A stretch of DNA of 64,000 nt from Bacteriovoracia bacterium (GCA_050246755.1 JBFWVL010000003.1:160001-224000), one strand, 5' to 3'; shown: positions 19,299 to 28,693, numbered from the stretch's first letter. Notes: a model not told the origin generated them from the sequence alone. A program made the numbers and translations.

Positions 19299-20402
19299 CT
19301 ACTTGCCCACTGGCATCAAGCTGGTGTCCAGCTCGGGGCGCCATTGGCCACGCCACTCTTTGAGCCGAATCCGCGCGCGCTGCCCGGAATTGGGAGGAGC
19401 CAGCTCTACGAAGCCGTAGGTGAGCCGGGTTTGCAGGCCGAAATCTGCGATATCCAGGCTCGTCACTTCGTTCCAGGTACCGGTATTGAAATATTCTTTG
19501 CCCCCGCCCCACTGCCGGTAGCGCGAAACGTGGGTATGGCCAAAAATAATCGCGTTGAGGTGGGGATTCTGGCGCAGGATCTTGCGCGCTTCCTTCACGA
19601 AGCTCGGATAGATCGTGGTGCCTTTCATGCGTGCCCAGCTCATCCCAAAATCGAGCAAGGGATGGCGGCGCGCCAGGAAAAACATCCGAATGAAGGAATA
19701 GGTGATGAAAACACCGGTCTTCACCGCGAATACCGTATCGTGCATGAGAGCCCAACGCATATAACCCGTAAATGGTTTTACTTTGTCCACGAAGGGGCGC
19801 TCTTTTTTTATCTTGGGTAAAAAGAGCGTAACGAAGAGCGAAGCCCAGGGCAGGTTCAGCACGGGCTCCGGATAATCGGGGTCGCGGAGAATGAATTTTT
19901 GGGGATGGGTGGCATTGATGGCTTCATACATATGCCCATGCTCCACGCGCACGTGGTCGAACTCGTAGTAGGTATCGTAGAAGCGGAGCTTGGATCCCAC
20001 GGCCTCCCTTAGAATTTTGCGGGGCAAATCGAAGAGTAGGCCGATATCGTGGTTGCCAATCACGTAGGCGATCTCGTGATTGGGCGCTTCGGAAAAGGAA
20101 CGGAGCGCCTCGAAGACCTCGGGGTGCCCGGCGATGATCGCCTGGGTAAAGTGCCCCATCATCTTCTCGGTCACGAGGTAGGTATGCACGCCAAGGTAAT
20201 CGATCTGGAGGAGATTCAAAAAATCCCCGTTGATGATGAGCTCTACTTCGGCGTCGGCGAACTCGCCGCTTTTGTAGTAGTTCAGGAACTCCACGAAGGA
20301 GCGGCCGTGCTGGAAATCCTCGAGAATATTCACCGTCCCGTCTTTTAGGATGGGTCCCTTCCCGATATGGAAGTCATTCACGATGATTTTAACTTTTCTC
20401 AA
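19299..20402 (-). CDS. Calcineurin-like metallophosphoesterase (paralog 1)
   Basis: NDFH, NGDF, GNHD, HGH, FGHTH and YFNTGTW motifs; TTG start 4 nt after the GGDEF stop. Confidence 0.88.
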   Translation of the reverse strand: MRKVKIIVNDFHIGKGPILKDGTVNILEDFQHGRSFVEFLNYYKSGEFADAEVELIINGDFLNLLQIDYLGVHTYLVTEKMMGHFTQAIIAGHPEVFEALRSFSEAPNHEIAYVIGNHDIGLLFDLPRKILREAVGSKLRFYDTYYEFDHVRVEHGHMYEAINATHPQKFILRDPDYPEPVLNLPWASLFVTLFLPKIKKERPFVDKVKPFTGYMRWALMHDTVFAVKTGVFITYSFIRMFFLARRHPLLDFGMSWARMKGTTIYPSFVKEARKILRQNPHLNAIIFGHTHVSRYRQWGGGKEYFNTGTWNEVTSLDIADFGLQTRLTYGFVELAPPNSGQRARIRLKEWRGQWRPELDTSLMPVGK

Positions 20403-20406
20403 GCGC

Positions 20407-21276
20407 CTATTCCTTGATCTTCGAAGTGGCGGCGATCACGCTATTGCGCACGGCTTTTTTCACGCCGTAGAGGGCCTCGTCGGCCGCCTTGAGGATCTGC
20501 GTTTTAGTGGCTGCGTGAAGAGGAACCGAGGCCACGCCGATGCTCGCGGTGAGACGGATGTCCATATTGTCCCGGGCCAGGAAGCGCTTCTTTTCGATCT
20601 GCACGCGGATCCGCTCGGCCACGTAGATGGCGGCGTCCAGGCCGGTATGCGAGAGAATGATCACGAACTCGTCGCCGCCGTAACGGAAGGTGATATCGGA
20701 TTCCCGGAGCGCACGCTTGATCTCTTCGCCCACCTCGTAGAGCAGGCGGCTGCCGATCAGGTGCCCGTGAGTGTCGTTCACGGCCTTGAAATGGTCGAGG
20801 TCCAGGAAGAGCACGGAAAACTCGGTGTCGTTCCGCTTGGCGAGGGACAGCTCGCGATCAAGAATCACTTCGAGGTAACGCTGGTTGTAGAGGCCGGTGA
20901 GATCGTCGGTATAAGTAAGGCCCTTGAGGTCCACGAGCGCCTGCATGCGCTCCCGGAAAAAACGGACGATGCGCTCCAAGATCTCACTCTCTTCGGGAAA
21001 AAGATCGGCGCTGCCGGGTTTGTCGAGCTCGAACACGAGTGGCACGGAGAGCGCGAGCAGTACTTTGGTTTTTCCGCCCTCCTGGTAGACGAGCTCGCCC
21101 TTGCCGATGCGGGCGATTTCCGGCGCTTCGCCCGAAAGCTCGCGCTGCTCCAGCTTAGCGGGCTGAAAACGTCGCTCCACATAACGCGCGAAGCTTTCCA
21201 CCGCCGAGAGATTTTCCTTGGCGGCGGAAAATTCGAGCGAAAGATCGAGGAGTAATTTTTCCTGATCGCGGGTCAT
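20407..21276 (-). CDS. GGDEF dinucleotide cyclase with Hypr signature (candidate cGAMP synthase)
   Basis: DDLTGLYNQRYL, DLDHFKAVNDTHGHLIGS, I-site RESD, RYGGDEF. Confidence 0.92.
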   Translation of the reverse strand: MTRDQEKLLLDLSLEFSAAKENLSAVESFARYVERRFQPAKLEQRELSGEAPEIARIGKGELVYQEGGKTKVLLALSVPLVFELDKPGSADLFPEESEILERIVRFFRERMQALVDLKGLTYTDDLTGLYNQRYLEVILDRELSLAKRNDTEFSVLFLDLDHFKAVNDTHGHLIGSRLLYEVGEEIKRALRESDITFRYGGDEFVIILSHTGLDAAIYVAERIRVQIEKKRFLARDNMDIRLTASIGVASVPLHAATKTQILKAADEALYGVKKAVRNSVIAATSKIKE

Positions 21277-21303
21277 AGCAAAGTCAGGCCGGAATACGTC
21301 TTA

Positions 21304-22620
21304 TTAGCCGGAAGACGACTCAGGCTCTCCTCCAGCATTTTCCATATCGGCGGTAGAAATCATCTGCGTGGCTTCGCCCTGATTGGCGAGCGCATCCAAG
21401 GCTTCCTGGTCGAGGGAAACCTCCTCATCGGTGGGCGGCGTTTCGGCGCCGGCGGGAGCGGCGGGCGCCGAGGCGGCCACGGGCTCTTCGGCTTGGGCCG
21501 CGCCGCCGTAGACCGGTTCGAGCTCATCGAGCTCTTCTTCGCCAGTATGATCTTCCTCGATCATGCCGGTGGCGATGTGCAGCGCACGGGCCACGCGGGA
21601 GAGCTTTGCGAGGTAGCGCTCGGCTTCCATCTGCGCCTGCACGCGGCCATCCTGAATCTGGTCGAGGTCGTATTCCAAGGCATCGATCTTGCGCTGGAGT
21701 TCGAAAACTTTTTCGTCGCGGGCCTGCAGCAAGGTGGAAGAGTCTTTGCGCATCAATTCGAGGCGCGCCTCGAGATCGCGCTCGTTTTCGCGGATCTTGC
21801 GGATGTCTTTACGCACCCTCACGCGCAGATTCTCGTATTTTTCGCCGGCTTCGCTGATCTGCGCTTCCATCGCTTTTACTTTGTCGCTCTGGGTTTTGGC
21901 GACGCGCTCAAATTCTTCCTTGGCCTGCAGCTGCTCGCGCTCGCGAGCACTACGCTCTTCTTCCATGGCGGAAATTTTCTTCGTGAGCTCATCGTGCAGG
22001 TGCTCGAACTCGCGGAGCTTGGATTGCAGCTGGTGAGCCTCCTTGCGAATCCGCTCGTTCTCGCGGCTCAGCTCTTCGCGCTCGCCTTCAGAGATCTCGA
22101 GCTGTTCTTCTTTAATACGGAGATATTTGCGGAGGACCTCTTCATCCTGGGCCTCGGCGGCGGCGCTCGCTTTACGTTTAGATTTTTTGGGCGCGTCGGA
22201 GAGCGGCTCTTCGGCCGGAGGGTTCAGGCTAAACGAGGCGAGGTCGGCTACGGAGATTTTAAAGATATCGGCCACCATGCTGAGAAACCCGGCTGGGGGC
22301 ATCGGCACGCGGGCGTAGCGATGCGCCGCCCCAGGCGTTTTTGCGTGGGAGCGAAATTCTTCCTTCGACCATTCCGAGGAAGTAAGAATCAACTTTTTGC
22401 CACTTTCGGCAATAGCTTTGCGCGCCGCCACGAGCAAGGGCGCCACGCCGGAAATCTCGGCGCGCACGATAATCAAATCAAAATCTGTTTGGGATAGAAG
22501 AGGGAAAGCCTCTTCCACGGAGGAAATACGGCGCAGTTCCACCCCCGAATTCTCGAGAGTTTTCCATCCGCTGGCTTCAGTCCAGGGGTTTTCGTCGGCA
22601 TCGACCCAGAGAACGCGCAT
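21304..22620 (-). CDS. Pseudo-receiver + long coiled-coil protein (AglZ/FrzS-like)
   Basis: MRVLWVD...FDLIIVR (Arg in place of the phospho-acceptor Asp), about 200 aa heptad region, acidic tail. Confidence 0.75.
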   Translation of the reverse strand: MRVLWVDADENPWTEASGWKTLENSGVELRRISSVEEAFPLLSQTDFDLIIVRAEISGVAPLLVAARKAIAESGKKLILTSSEWSKEEFRSHAKTPGAAHRYARVPMPPAGFLSMVADIFKISVADLASFSLNPPAEEPLSDAPKKSKRKASAAAEAQDEEVLRKYLRIKEEQLEISEGEREELSRENERIRKEAHQLQSKLREFEHLHDELTKKISAMEEERSAREREQLQAKEEFERVAKTQSDKVKAMEAQISEAGEKYENLRVRVRKDIRKIRENERDLEARLELMRKDSSTLLQARDEKVFELQRKIDALEYDLDQIQDGRVQAQMEAERYLAKLSRVARALHIATGMIEEDHTGEEELDELEPVYGGAAQAEEPVAASAPAAPAGAETPPTDEEVSLDQEALDALANQGEATQMISTADMENAGGEPESSSG

Positions 22621-22666
22621 CCTTGCTTCCTCTACTCAAGGGAACTGTCCTGTTCCCAGTCTTTTT

Positions 22667-22695
22667 ATTGTACGTGGGGTATAAGTCCCTGTCAA
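22667..22695 (-). promoter_or_regulatory. sigma70 promoter for the coiled-coil/GGDEF operon
   Basis: TTGACA-N17-TACAAT on the minus strand. Confidence 0.75.
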
Positions 22696-22705
22696 AAAAC
22701 AGGAA

Positions 22706-22735
22706 TTGACAAGAGAAGGGTATGATTCTTAGCAT
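22706..22735 (+). promoter_or_regulatory. sigma70 promoter for the bactofilin operon
   Basis: TTGACA-N18-TAGCAT. Confidence 0.55.
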
Positions 22736-22758
22736 ATCGAAGAAAGCGAGCGATCCAC

Positions 22759-23616
22759 TTGAATATTGAACCAAAGCGGGAAAACCCCAGCCTTTCCGAC
22801 GAGCTAACCGTAGTTTTCCTGCGTGGAAACGGAAGCCCTCGCACTTTCCGTGTACCCCTCGTATTGGTACAGCGGGCATTAACCGCCATTTCCTTCTCTT
22901 TTTGCCTGGCCGTACTGGCGGCGATTTTCTTTTTCGGGCTTAACCTCTTACACCCTTCCGACTATTTACCCAGCACTACCCCCCCTCCAGTAGCGATGGC
23001 TCCCGTGGCCCCGGCGCCGGTGCCCGCCGAAACTCCGACTGAAACCGCCAAGCCCGGCCTTTGGCAAAAACTCGCGGGCTCGGGCACTTCGCCTAGCTCC
23101 AGTGACTCCGAGTTAAAGAAAGAGGTGGACGGCCTCCACCAAGATATCGCGCGGCTCAATTCGCAGATCGACTCCCGCAAGGAATTGCCCAAGAAAGTGA
23201 ACGACGCTTCCGTGCTCCAGCTCTTCGGCCCCCGCTCCGTGGTGATGACGGAAGCCGAAACGAATATCCGCGTGAAAAACGCGAAATTCATCCGCGATCC
23301 CGGCGCGAAGGACGTAACGCTCAGCTTTGAGTTGCACAATATCGATCCCGCCCAGAAACAAGAGCGGGGCTATATCGTGGCGATCGCTAAAACCAGTGAC
23401 ATGCTGCTCGTGTATCCGCCCACCGCCTTCAATCCCAACCAGAATATCGTGCTCGACTTCACCAAAGGCGAAACCTTCGGGATCTCGCGCTTTCGCGCCG
23501 CCACCGCCACCTTCTCCGCGGCGGCCCTGGCCAATAAGCAAGTACGCTTTCAGATTCTTTTGTTCTCAACCGACGGGCGCATCATCGCGAACCAACATGT
23601 GGAGGAAAAGCCATAA
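22759..23616 (+). CDS. Membrane-anchored hypothetical protein (TM, Pro-rich linker, short coiled coil, beta-rich C-domain)
   Basis: TTG start; its stop overlaps the bactofilin ATG (TAATG). Confidence 0.75.
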   Translation: MNIEPKRENPSLSDELTVVFLRGNGSPRTFRVPLVLVQRALTAISFSFCLAVLAAIFFFGLNLLHPSDYLPSTTPPPVAMAPVAPAPVPAETPTETAKPGLWQKLAGSGTSPSSSDSELKKEVDGLHQDIARLNSQIDSRKELPKKVNDASVLQLFGPRSVVMTEAETNIRVKNAKFIRDPGAKDVTLSFELHNIDPAQKQERGYIVAIAKTSDMLLVYPPTAFNPNQNIVLDFTKGETFGISRFRAATATFSAAALANKQVRFQILLFSTDGRIIANQHVEEKP

Positions 23617-24023
23617 TGGAATGGAAAGCAATTCCCGGGCGCCAACTCGAATCTGAACTTACCCTGCTCAGCCAAGGCTCGCTCATCAAGGGCGAGGTAA
23701 CTTTCGACCGCGTGGCACGTATCCACGGCCGCATCGAAGGAAAAGTTTTGGGGCTGGATGGCAGCGTGATCATCGTGGGCGAAACCGCCTCGGTGCATGG
23801 AGAGATCGATGGCGATGAGGTGATCGTGGACGGATTTGTGTACGGCGATGTCCGCGCGAAGCGCAAAGTGACCGTTTCGGAATGTGGGCGCCTCATCGGC
23901 AACGTACATAGCCCGAAATTTGAAGTGAAGTTCGGCGCGCATTTCGAGGGCAAGGCGATCACGAGCACCGCCCTTCCCACCCGCGCCAAGGAAAAATCCA
24001 AGGCCAGCGAAGCCCGCGCTTAA
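23616..24023 (+). CDS. Bactofilin (polymer-forming cytoskeletal protein)
   Basis: Beta-helix repeats: TLLSQGSLIKGEV, IHGRIEG, IVGETASVHGEI, GAHFEG. Confidence 0.92.
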   Translation: MEWKAIPGRQLESELTLLSQGSLIKGEVTFDRVARIHGRIEGKVLGLDGSVIIVGETASVHGEIDGDEVIVDGFVYGDVRAKRKVTVSECGRLIGNVHSPKFEVKFGAHFEGKAITSTALPTRAKEKSKASEARA

Positions 24024-25009
24024 AGCCAGCCGTTGTCTTTATACCACTTCGCGGTTTGAGCGAATCCGCGCTCGAGATCCCAGTAGGGCTCGAATTTTAA
24101 TTCACGCTTGGCCTTCTCGTTCGAGCAGGTCCAGGCCATCGCGGCGATTTCTTTTACTTTATCCAGCGAGAAGGGCAGTGCTTTCCCCGAAGCCAGCGAG
24201 AAAGCGGTGCAGAGCGCGCCGGCCCCCTTCATCACCGGAATCGGCAGGCGCAAGGGCATTGGACGCTTCTGCATCCCCTTCGCCACGAGCCGCATCGCCT
24301 CTTCCCAGGAAAATTCCCCGTTCCCCGAAATATAGAAAATTTCTCCGCTCTTGAGCTGCTTCGCCTCGCCCGCGAGCGCAATTCCCTGCACGAGATCATC
24401 CACGTGCACGAAACTATAGCGGCGCGGATCCGGACTCTGCATTCCCAGCAATGGCAAAAGGCCGCGCTGGATCATCTGGAAAAAAGTGAATACCCCGCGA
24501 TCGCGAGGCCCATAGACGGCGGGAGGGCGAATGATCGTGACGGGTATTTCATCCTTGGCCGCGAGTACTTCCCTTTCACCGCCGAGCTTGCTCTCTCCGT
24601 AGAAAGAAACCGGGCGGGTTTCGTCGCTCTCCAGATTCAGGCGATCAGGCTGGGACGGGCCCGCCGCCGCGAGAGAGCTTACGTAGACCAAGCGCTGGAG
24701 CTTGGGATTCTTCTTCGCCGCTTCCACGATATTGCGCGTGCCCGCCGCGTTAGCGGAAAAAAAATCTTCGCGGTTCCTCGCGGCCACCACCCCGGCCACG
24801 TGGTAGATCACGTCCACGTTGCGCACCGCCTGCACTAAACTTTCCGCGCTCCGTAAATCGCCCTCTACGGGCGTAAGCTTGGCGTGGCCCAAATTGCTGC
24901 GCGAGCTGGTTTTACGCATCAGCGCCTGCACTTCCACGCCGCGCTTATTGAGCTCTTCGCAGAGAGTGCTGCCCACGAATCCACTGGCCCCGGTAATTAA
25001 TGCTCGCAT
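24020..25009 (-). CDS. NAD-dependent epimerase/dehydratase (extended SDR)
   Basis: TGASGFVG, YGESK and RPPAVYGPRD motifs. Confidence 0.9.
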   Translation of the reverse strand: MRALITGASGFVGSTLCEELNKRGVEVQALMRKTSSRSNLGHAKLTPVEGDLRSAESLVQAVRNVDVIYHVAGVVAARNREDFFSANAAGTRNIVEAAKKNPKLQRLVYVSSLAAAGPSQPDRLNLESDETRPVSFYGESKLGGEREVLAAKDEIPVTIIRPPAVYGPRDRGVFTFFQMIQRGLLPLLGMQSPDPRRYSFVHVDDLVQGIALAGEAKQLKSGEIFYISGNGEFSWEEAMRLVAKGMQKRPMPLRLPIPVMKGAGALCTAFSLASGKALPFSLDKVKEIAAMAWTCSNEKAKRELKFEPYWDLERGFAQTAKWYKDNGWL

Positions 25010-25048
25010 AGGGACTACTTACTATGGTTATCGGAGATTCGCATTTTT

Positions 25049-25888
25049 TTAACGGTAAGGAGTGGGCGGGGCGGAAAGAAAACTACCGAAGAACTGCCGC
25101 AGTGTGCGAGCCTTCCGTATATTCCGGGTCATAACTTTCCATCCGTGGAGATTTACCGTGAGGGGATTATAGGTGACCGGCATTCCCTCCACGCCGTATA
25201 CCATCGGGATCCCCTTCTTTTCTTCCACCAGAGTTCCGAAGAGCCGGTCAAAGACAATCAGCAGTCCGCCATAGTTGCAGCCTTGGTACTCCCTATTCAT
25301 CGAGTGGTGGGCTCGGTGCCGCGCGGGCGTATTCACCACGTAGGCCAGCCAGCCGAGATTGGGATTCCATTCCGTGTGGATCCACAGCTGCAGCCGGAGC
25401 TGCAAGCGGTAGGCAAACATAAAAATCTCCGGACGAAGGCCGAGAAGAAATACCGGCAGCATCAGAACATAGCCCGTGAGAAAAAAATTCCCTCCAAGCC
25501 AGCCCAGGGTATCACTGGTAGCGAAATTCATTCGGCGCGGAGAATGATGCACGGAATGCGTGGCCCAGAAAAGACTCACCCGGTGCAATAGGCGATGATG
25601 CCAGTAGTAGATAAATTCCACGAACACGAATACCAGCACCCAGAGCAGAGGGCCGGAAATCTCGAGCGTGAAAAGGCGGCGGCCGTAGAACCAGTCGTTG
25701 AGCGCCGTGCCGGCCAGGTAAATAGAAGTGAGACCTAGGAGATTACGGCCCAGTTTATGGCCGAGGTAGGTGAGAAACTGCTTCCAGTCGTAGCCCCCCT
25801 TCGTGAATGTGAAAAAAACGCCCTCGCCCACCACGAGAAATAACTCGATCGTGAGGAAGATGCCTAAAATTGCAGTCATACTTTTCAT
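25049..25888 (-). CDS. Sterol desaturase/fatty-acid hydroxylase family protein (paralog 1)
   Basis: His boxes YYWHHRLLH, HSVHH, WIH and HRAHH; start moved to ATG 25888. Confidence 0.88.
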   Translation of the reverse strand: MKSMTAILGIFLTIELFLVVGEGVFFTFTKGGYDWKQFLTYLGHKLGRNLLGLTSIYLAGTALNDWFYGRRLFTLEISGPLLWVLVFVFVEFIYYWHHRLLHRVSLFWATHSVHHSPRRMNFATSDTLGWLGGNFFLTGYVLMLPVFLLGLRPEIFMFAYRLQLRLQLWIHTEWNPNLGWLAYVVNTPARHRAHHSMNREYQGCNYGGLLIVFDRLFGTLVEEKKGIPMVYGVEGMPVTYNPLTVNLHGWKVMTRNIRKARTLRQFFGSFLSAPPTPYR

Positions 25889-25995
25889 TTGGGCTTGCTC
25901 TGATAGTAAGCAAAGAAGTCCGCTAGCGCCAAGTTTTGACAGCCCGAAACCACGCGTGGTAAGACGCGGCAAATCAAATTTTAGGAGGCTGCCCC

Positions 25996-26481
25996 ATGTG
26001 GAAAAATTTTACCTTCGCCCTCATTGCCCTCACCCTGCTCAGCGCCTGCGGATCGGGTAAAAGCAATTCTCCCGCCTCCGCTCCGGTTCCCGCCCAGCCC
26101 AAGCCCCAGCGCGTTGACCTCGCTAAATTCCCCAATGAAGCCGGTACGCCCTTCGGCCGCTGGGCCACTGCTCCGCAGGCGGTGGAAGCCGATCGTTTCC
26201 AGTATAAGTTTTACGTGAATCGCGCGGAAGAAACCGCCATGCAGCTAGATTGCATAATGGACGGCAAAAATATGACCGGCTATGAAATGCTCCGCACCCG
26301 CATCGAAGGCAATACCCTCAAGCTCCTCGAAGCCACTACGATCACCGCCAGAGGCGAAAACGGAGCTTCCGGCTGCCAGGCTGAATTTGAAGCGGGTTCC
26401 TTTCGCTGGGAATATAGCGGGGATTTCTTGTCGCTCACGAATTTGCAAACCGGCGAGCGCACAGATTTCTCCCGCTTCTAA
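25996..26481 (+). CDS. Lipoprotein (beta-barrel/lipocalin-like)
   Basis: AGGAGG RBS; lipobox LSAC. Confidence 0.85.
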   Translation: MWKNFTFALIALTLLSACGSGKSNSPASAPVPAQPKPQRVDLAKFPNEAGTPFGRWATAPQAVEADRFQYKFYVNRAEETAMQLDCIMDGKNMTGYEMLRTRIEGNTLKLLEATTITARGENGASGCQAEFEAGSFRWEYSGDFLSLTNLQTGERTDFSRF

Positions 26482-26487
26482 AAACGC

Positions 26488-27327
26488 CTAACTCTTCCCG
26501 ACCGCCGGGGCCGCGAAGAAAACGCCGAAGACTTCGCGCGGAGAACGGGCGCGGATTAGGTCCCGGCCCATTTCTCTCCATTCATAGAGGGAAATCGCCA
26601 CCGGATTATAGGAATGGGGGCGCCCAGGAATTCCGTATTCTAAAGTAACCCCTTCTTTTTCTTTCAATAAAGTACCGAAGAGCCGGTCGAAAATGATCAG
26701 CAAGGCCCCGAAATTTCCGCTCTCATATCCGGGATTTTTCGCGTGGTGCAGGCGGTGATGCGCCGGCGTATTCAGAATATATTCCAGCCAGCCCAGACGA
26801 GGGATCCATTCATTATGGTACCAAAGCTGGAAAAATACGTTCGTTAGCCAACCAGCCCAGATTACCTCGGGCGAAAACCCCACGAAGAAGAGCGGCAAGA
26901 AAAAAGCCTTGTGCGCGAGCTCGGGAAGGAGGTCAATCCACCCGGTGATGCTTCCCGTGGCGAAGTTAAGGCGCTGGGACGCATGGTGAACGGAATGCGT
27001 GGCCCAAAATACCCGCACGCGGTGCCGGATCCGGTGCTGCCAGTAGAAAAAAAACTCCAGTAGTAGAAAAAGTAAAAGATAATTAAGGGGCGAATCTAAC
27101 GCTAAAGTTAACAGCCGCTTCGAGTATATCCAGCTGAAAACCGCCTCGCCTAAAAAGAAAACTGGCAGCAGGATCAGCAGCCTCTTCCCGAGGATATGCC
27201 CTACCGAAGTGAAAAATAATTTCCAGTCGTAATCCCTAGACTTAAAAAAACTAAAATATAGGCCCTCGCCTACGGCGAGCAGGAATTCGGCTACCACAAA
27301 AATTTTAAAGACCTGCGATATCGGCAT
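26488..27327 (-). CDS. Sterol desaturase/fatty-acid hydroxylase family protein (paralog 2)
   Basis: His boxes FYWQHRIRH, HSVHH, WYH and HRLHH. Confidence 0.88.
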   Translation of the reverse strand: MPISQVFKIFVVAEFLLAVGEGLYFSFFKSRDYDWKLFFTSVGHILGKRLLILLPVFFLGEAVFSWIYSKRLLTLALDSPLNYLLLFLLLEFFFYWQHRIRHRVRVFWATHSVHHASQRLNFATGSITGWIDLLPELAHKAFFLPLFFVGFSPEVIWAGWLTNVFFQLWYHNEWIPRLGWLEYILNTPAHHRLHHAKNPGYESGNFGALLIIFDRLFGTLLKEKEGVTLEYGIPGRPHSYNPVAISLYEWREMGRDLIRARSPREVFGVFFAAPAVGKS

Positions 27328-27437
27328 AAGGTGGTGGGCGGATTTTATCGATTCGCGTTCCCAGCGTCAATTGGCTGATTCTCGGCATTATGCCCGGGGA
27401 CCTTGGCTAAGTTCCGAACAAGAAGTAGGCTTTGGGA

Positions 27438-28268
27438 ATGGCCAAAGCTTCCAAAGAAGAATTGCTGATCACGATCCTCGGCTGCGGCACCTCCGTGGGC
27501 GCCCCGATGATCGGTATGCAGGGCGCGAAGCAATTTAAGAATCCCAAAAACCGCCGACTCCGCGCGAGCATCCTGCTTGAGCCCTTCGGCCGCCCCGGGC
27601 CCGCGATCCTCATCGACACCTCACCCGACTTTCGCGAACAGGCCATCCGTTTTTTCCCGCAGAAAAATCCTCGTCTCGATGCGATCCTGCTCACCCACAC
27701 CCATGCGGACCACCTCCATGGCCTCGACGATATCCGTCCTTTCAATTTCTTCCAGAAAGAACCGATTCCGCTGTACGCCGAGCCCGATGCCCTCGAGCAA
27801 GTGCGGATTAAGTTTTCCTATATCTTCGAGCCCACGCAGGAGGGCGGGGGTAAGCCGCGGTTAAACTTGCACCCCGTGGAAACGAAACCGTTCCGTTTCG
27901 AGAGCAGTGCGGATCCCCGCCTGCAAAAACTCGAGGTCACTCCCCTGCCCCTCATTCACGGCACGATATCGTGCCTCGGCTTCCGCCTCGGAAACTTCGC
28001 CTACCTTACCGACTGCAGCCTCATCCCGGAAGAAACCCTCGCCAAAATGCGAGGCCTCGATCTGCTCATCCTCGACTGCCTCCGCCCGAAACCCCATAGC
28101 ACCCACCTCCACGTGGAGCTCGCCCTCGAATATGCCCGTAAGATCAAAGCCAAGAAGACCGTCTTCACCCATATGGGCTGGGAGCTGGAATACGAAGCCT
28201 TTAAGAAGTCCCTGCCCCGCGGGATGGTGCCCGGTTTCGACGGGATGAAGCTCAGGGTAGCGTTTTAG
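27438..28268 (+). CDS. MBL-fold metallo-hydrolase (PhnP-like)
   Basis: LGCGTSVG, IDTSPDFR, THTHADHLHG, AYLTD and THM motifs. Confidence 0.92.
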   Translation: MAKASKEELLITILGCGTSVGAPMIGMQGAKQFKNPKNRRLRASILLEPFGRPGPAILIDTSPDFREQAIRFFPQKNPRLDAILLTHTHADHLHGLDDIRPFNFFQKEPIPLYAEPDALEQVRIKFSYIFEPTQEGGGKPRLNLHPVETKPFRFESSADPRLQKLEVTPLPLIHGTISCLGFRLGNFAYLTDCSLIPEETLAKMRGLDLLILDCLRPKPHSTHLHVELALEYARKIKAKKTVFTHMGWELEYEAFKKSLPRGMVPGFDGMKLRVAF

Positions 28269-28349
28269 AAAAAAATCCCTTTCCCGCAGGCAAAGTGGCT
28301 CCATCCAGTGCCTTCTCCCGCGCCAACTCGAATATAAACAATTGCCGCA

Positions 28350-28365
28350 TGGCATTATAATTGCT
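28350..28365 (+). promoter_or_regulatory. sigma54 (-24/-12) promoter
   Basis: TGGCATTATAATTGCT fits GG-N10-GC. Confidence 0.7.
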
Positions 28366-28414
28366 CGGAGCGCAGCGGAGCTTAGCTCACCCCAAACTTT
28401 CGAAAGGAATGCCC

Positions 28415-28624
28415 ATGCTAAAACCTATCCCAACCCTCCTGATGATCTCCGCCATCTCCCTCGCTTTTTCCATCGCCGCCATGGCCGAATCCGACCCCGC
28501 CCGGGAAATCCGCGAAGCCAACGGGCTCGCGCAGCAATGGCAAAAGCAGTCTCGAGCCCAGTCCGCCGAGGATCTCGGCCAAGCCACTGCGTCAAAGCTC
28601 TCCTGCCGTTGCCTAGCCCCTTAA
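28415..28624 (+). CDS. Small secreted hypothetical protein (69 aa)
   Basis: AAAGGA RBS, signal peptide ending AMA, C-terminal CRC; follows the sigma54 promoter. Confidence 0.6.
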   Translation: MLKPIPTLLMISAISLAFSIAAMAESDPAREIREANGLAQQWQKQSRAQSAEDLGQATASKLSCRCLAP

Positions 28625-28693
28625 ACGGAGCTATATTTTTGCCATACGAAAAGAAGGCCAGGCGCAACTCGCCGACCAAATTAGGAGCTATCC

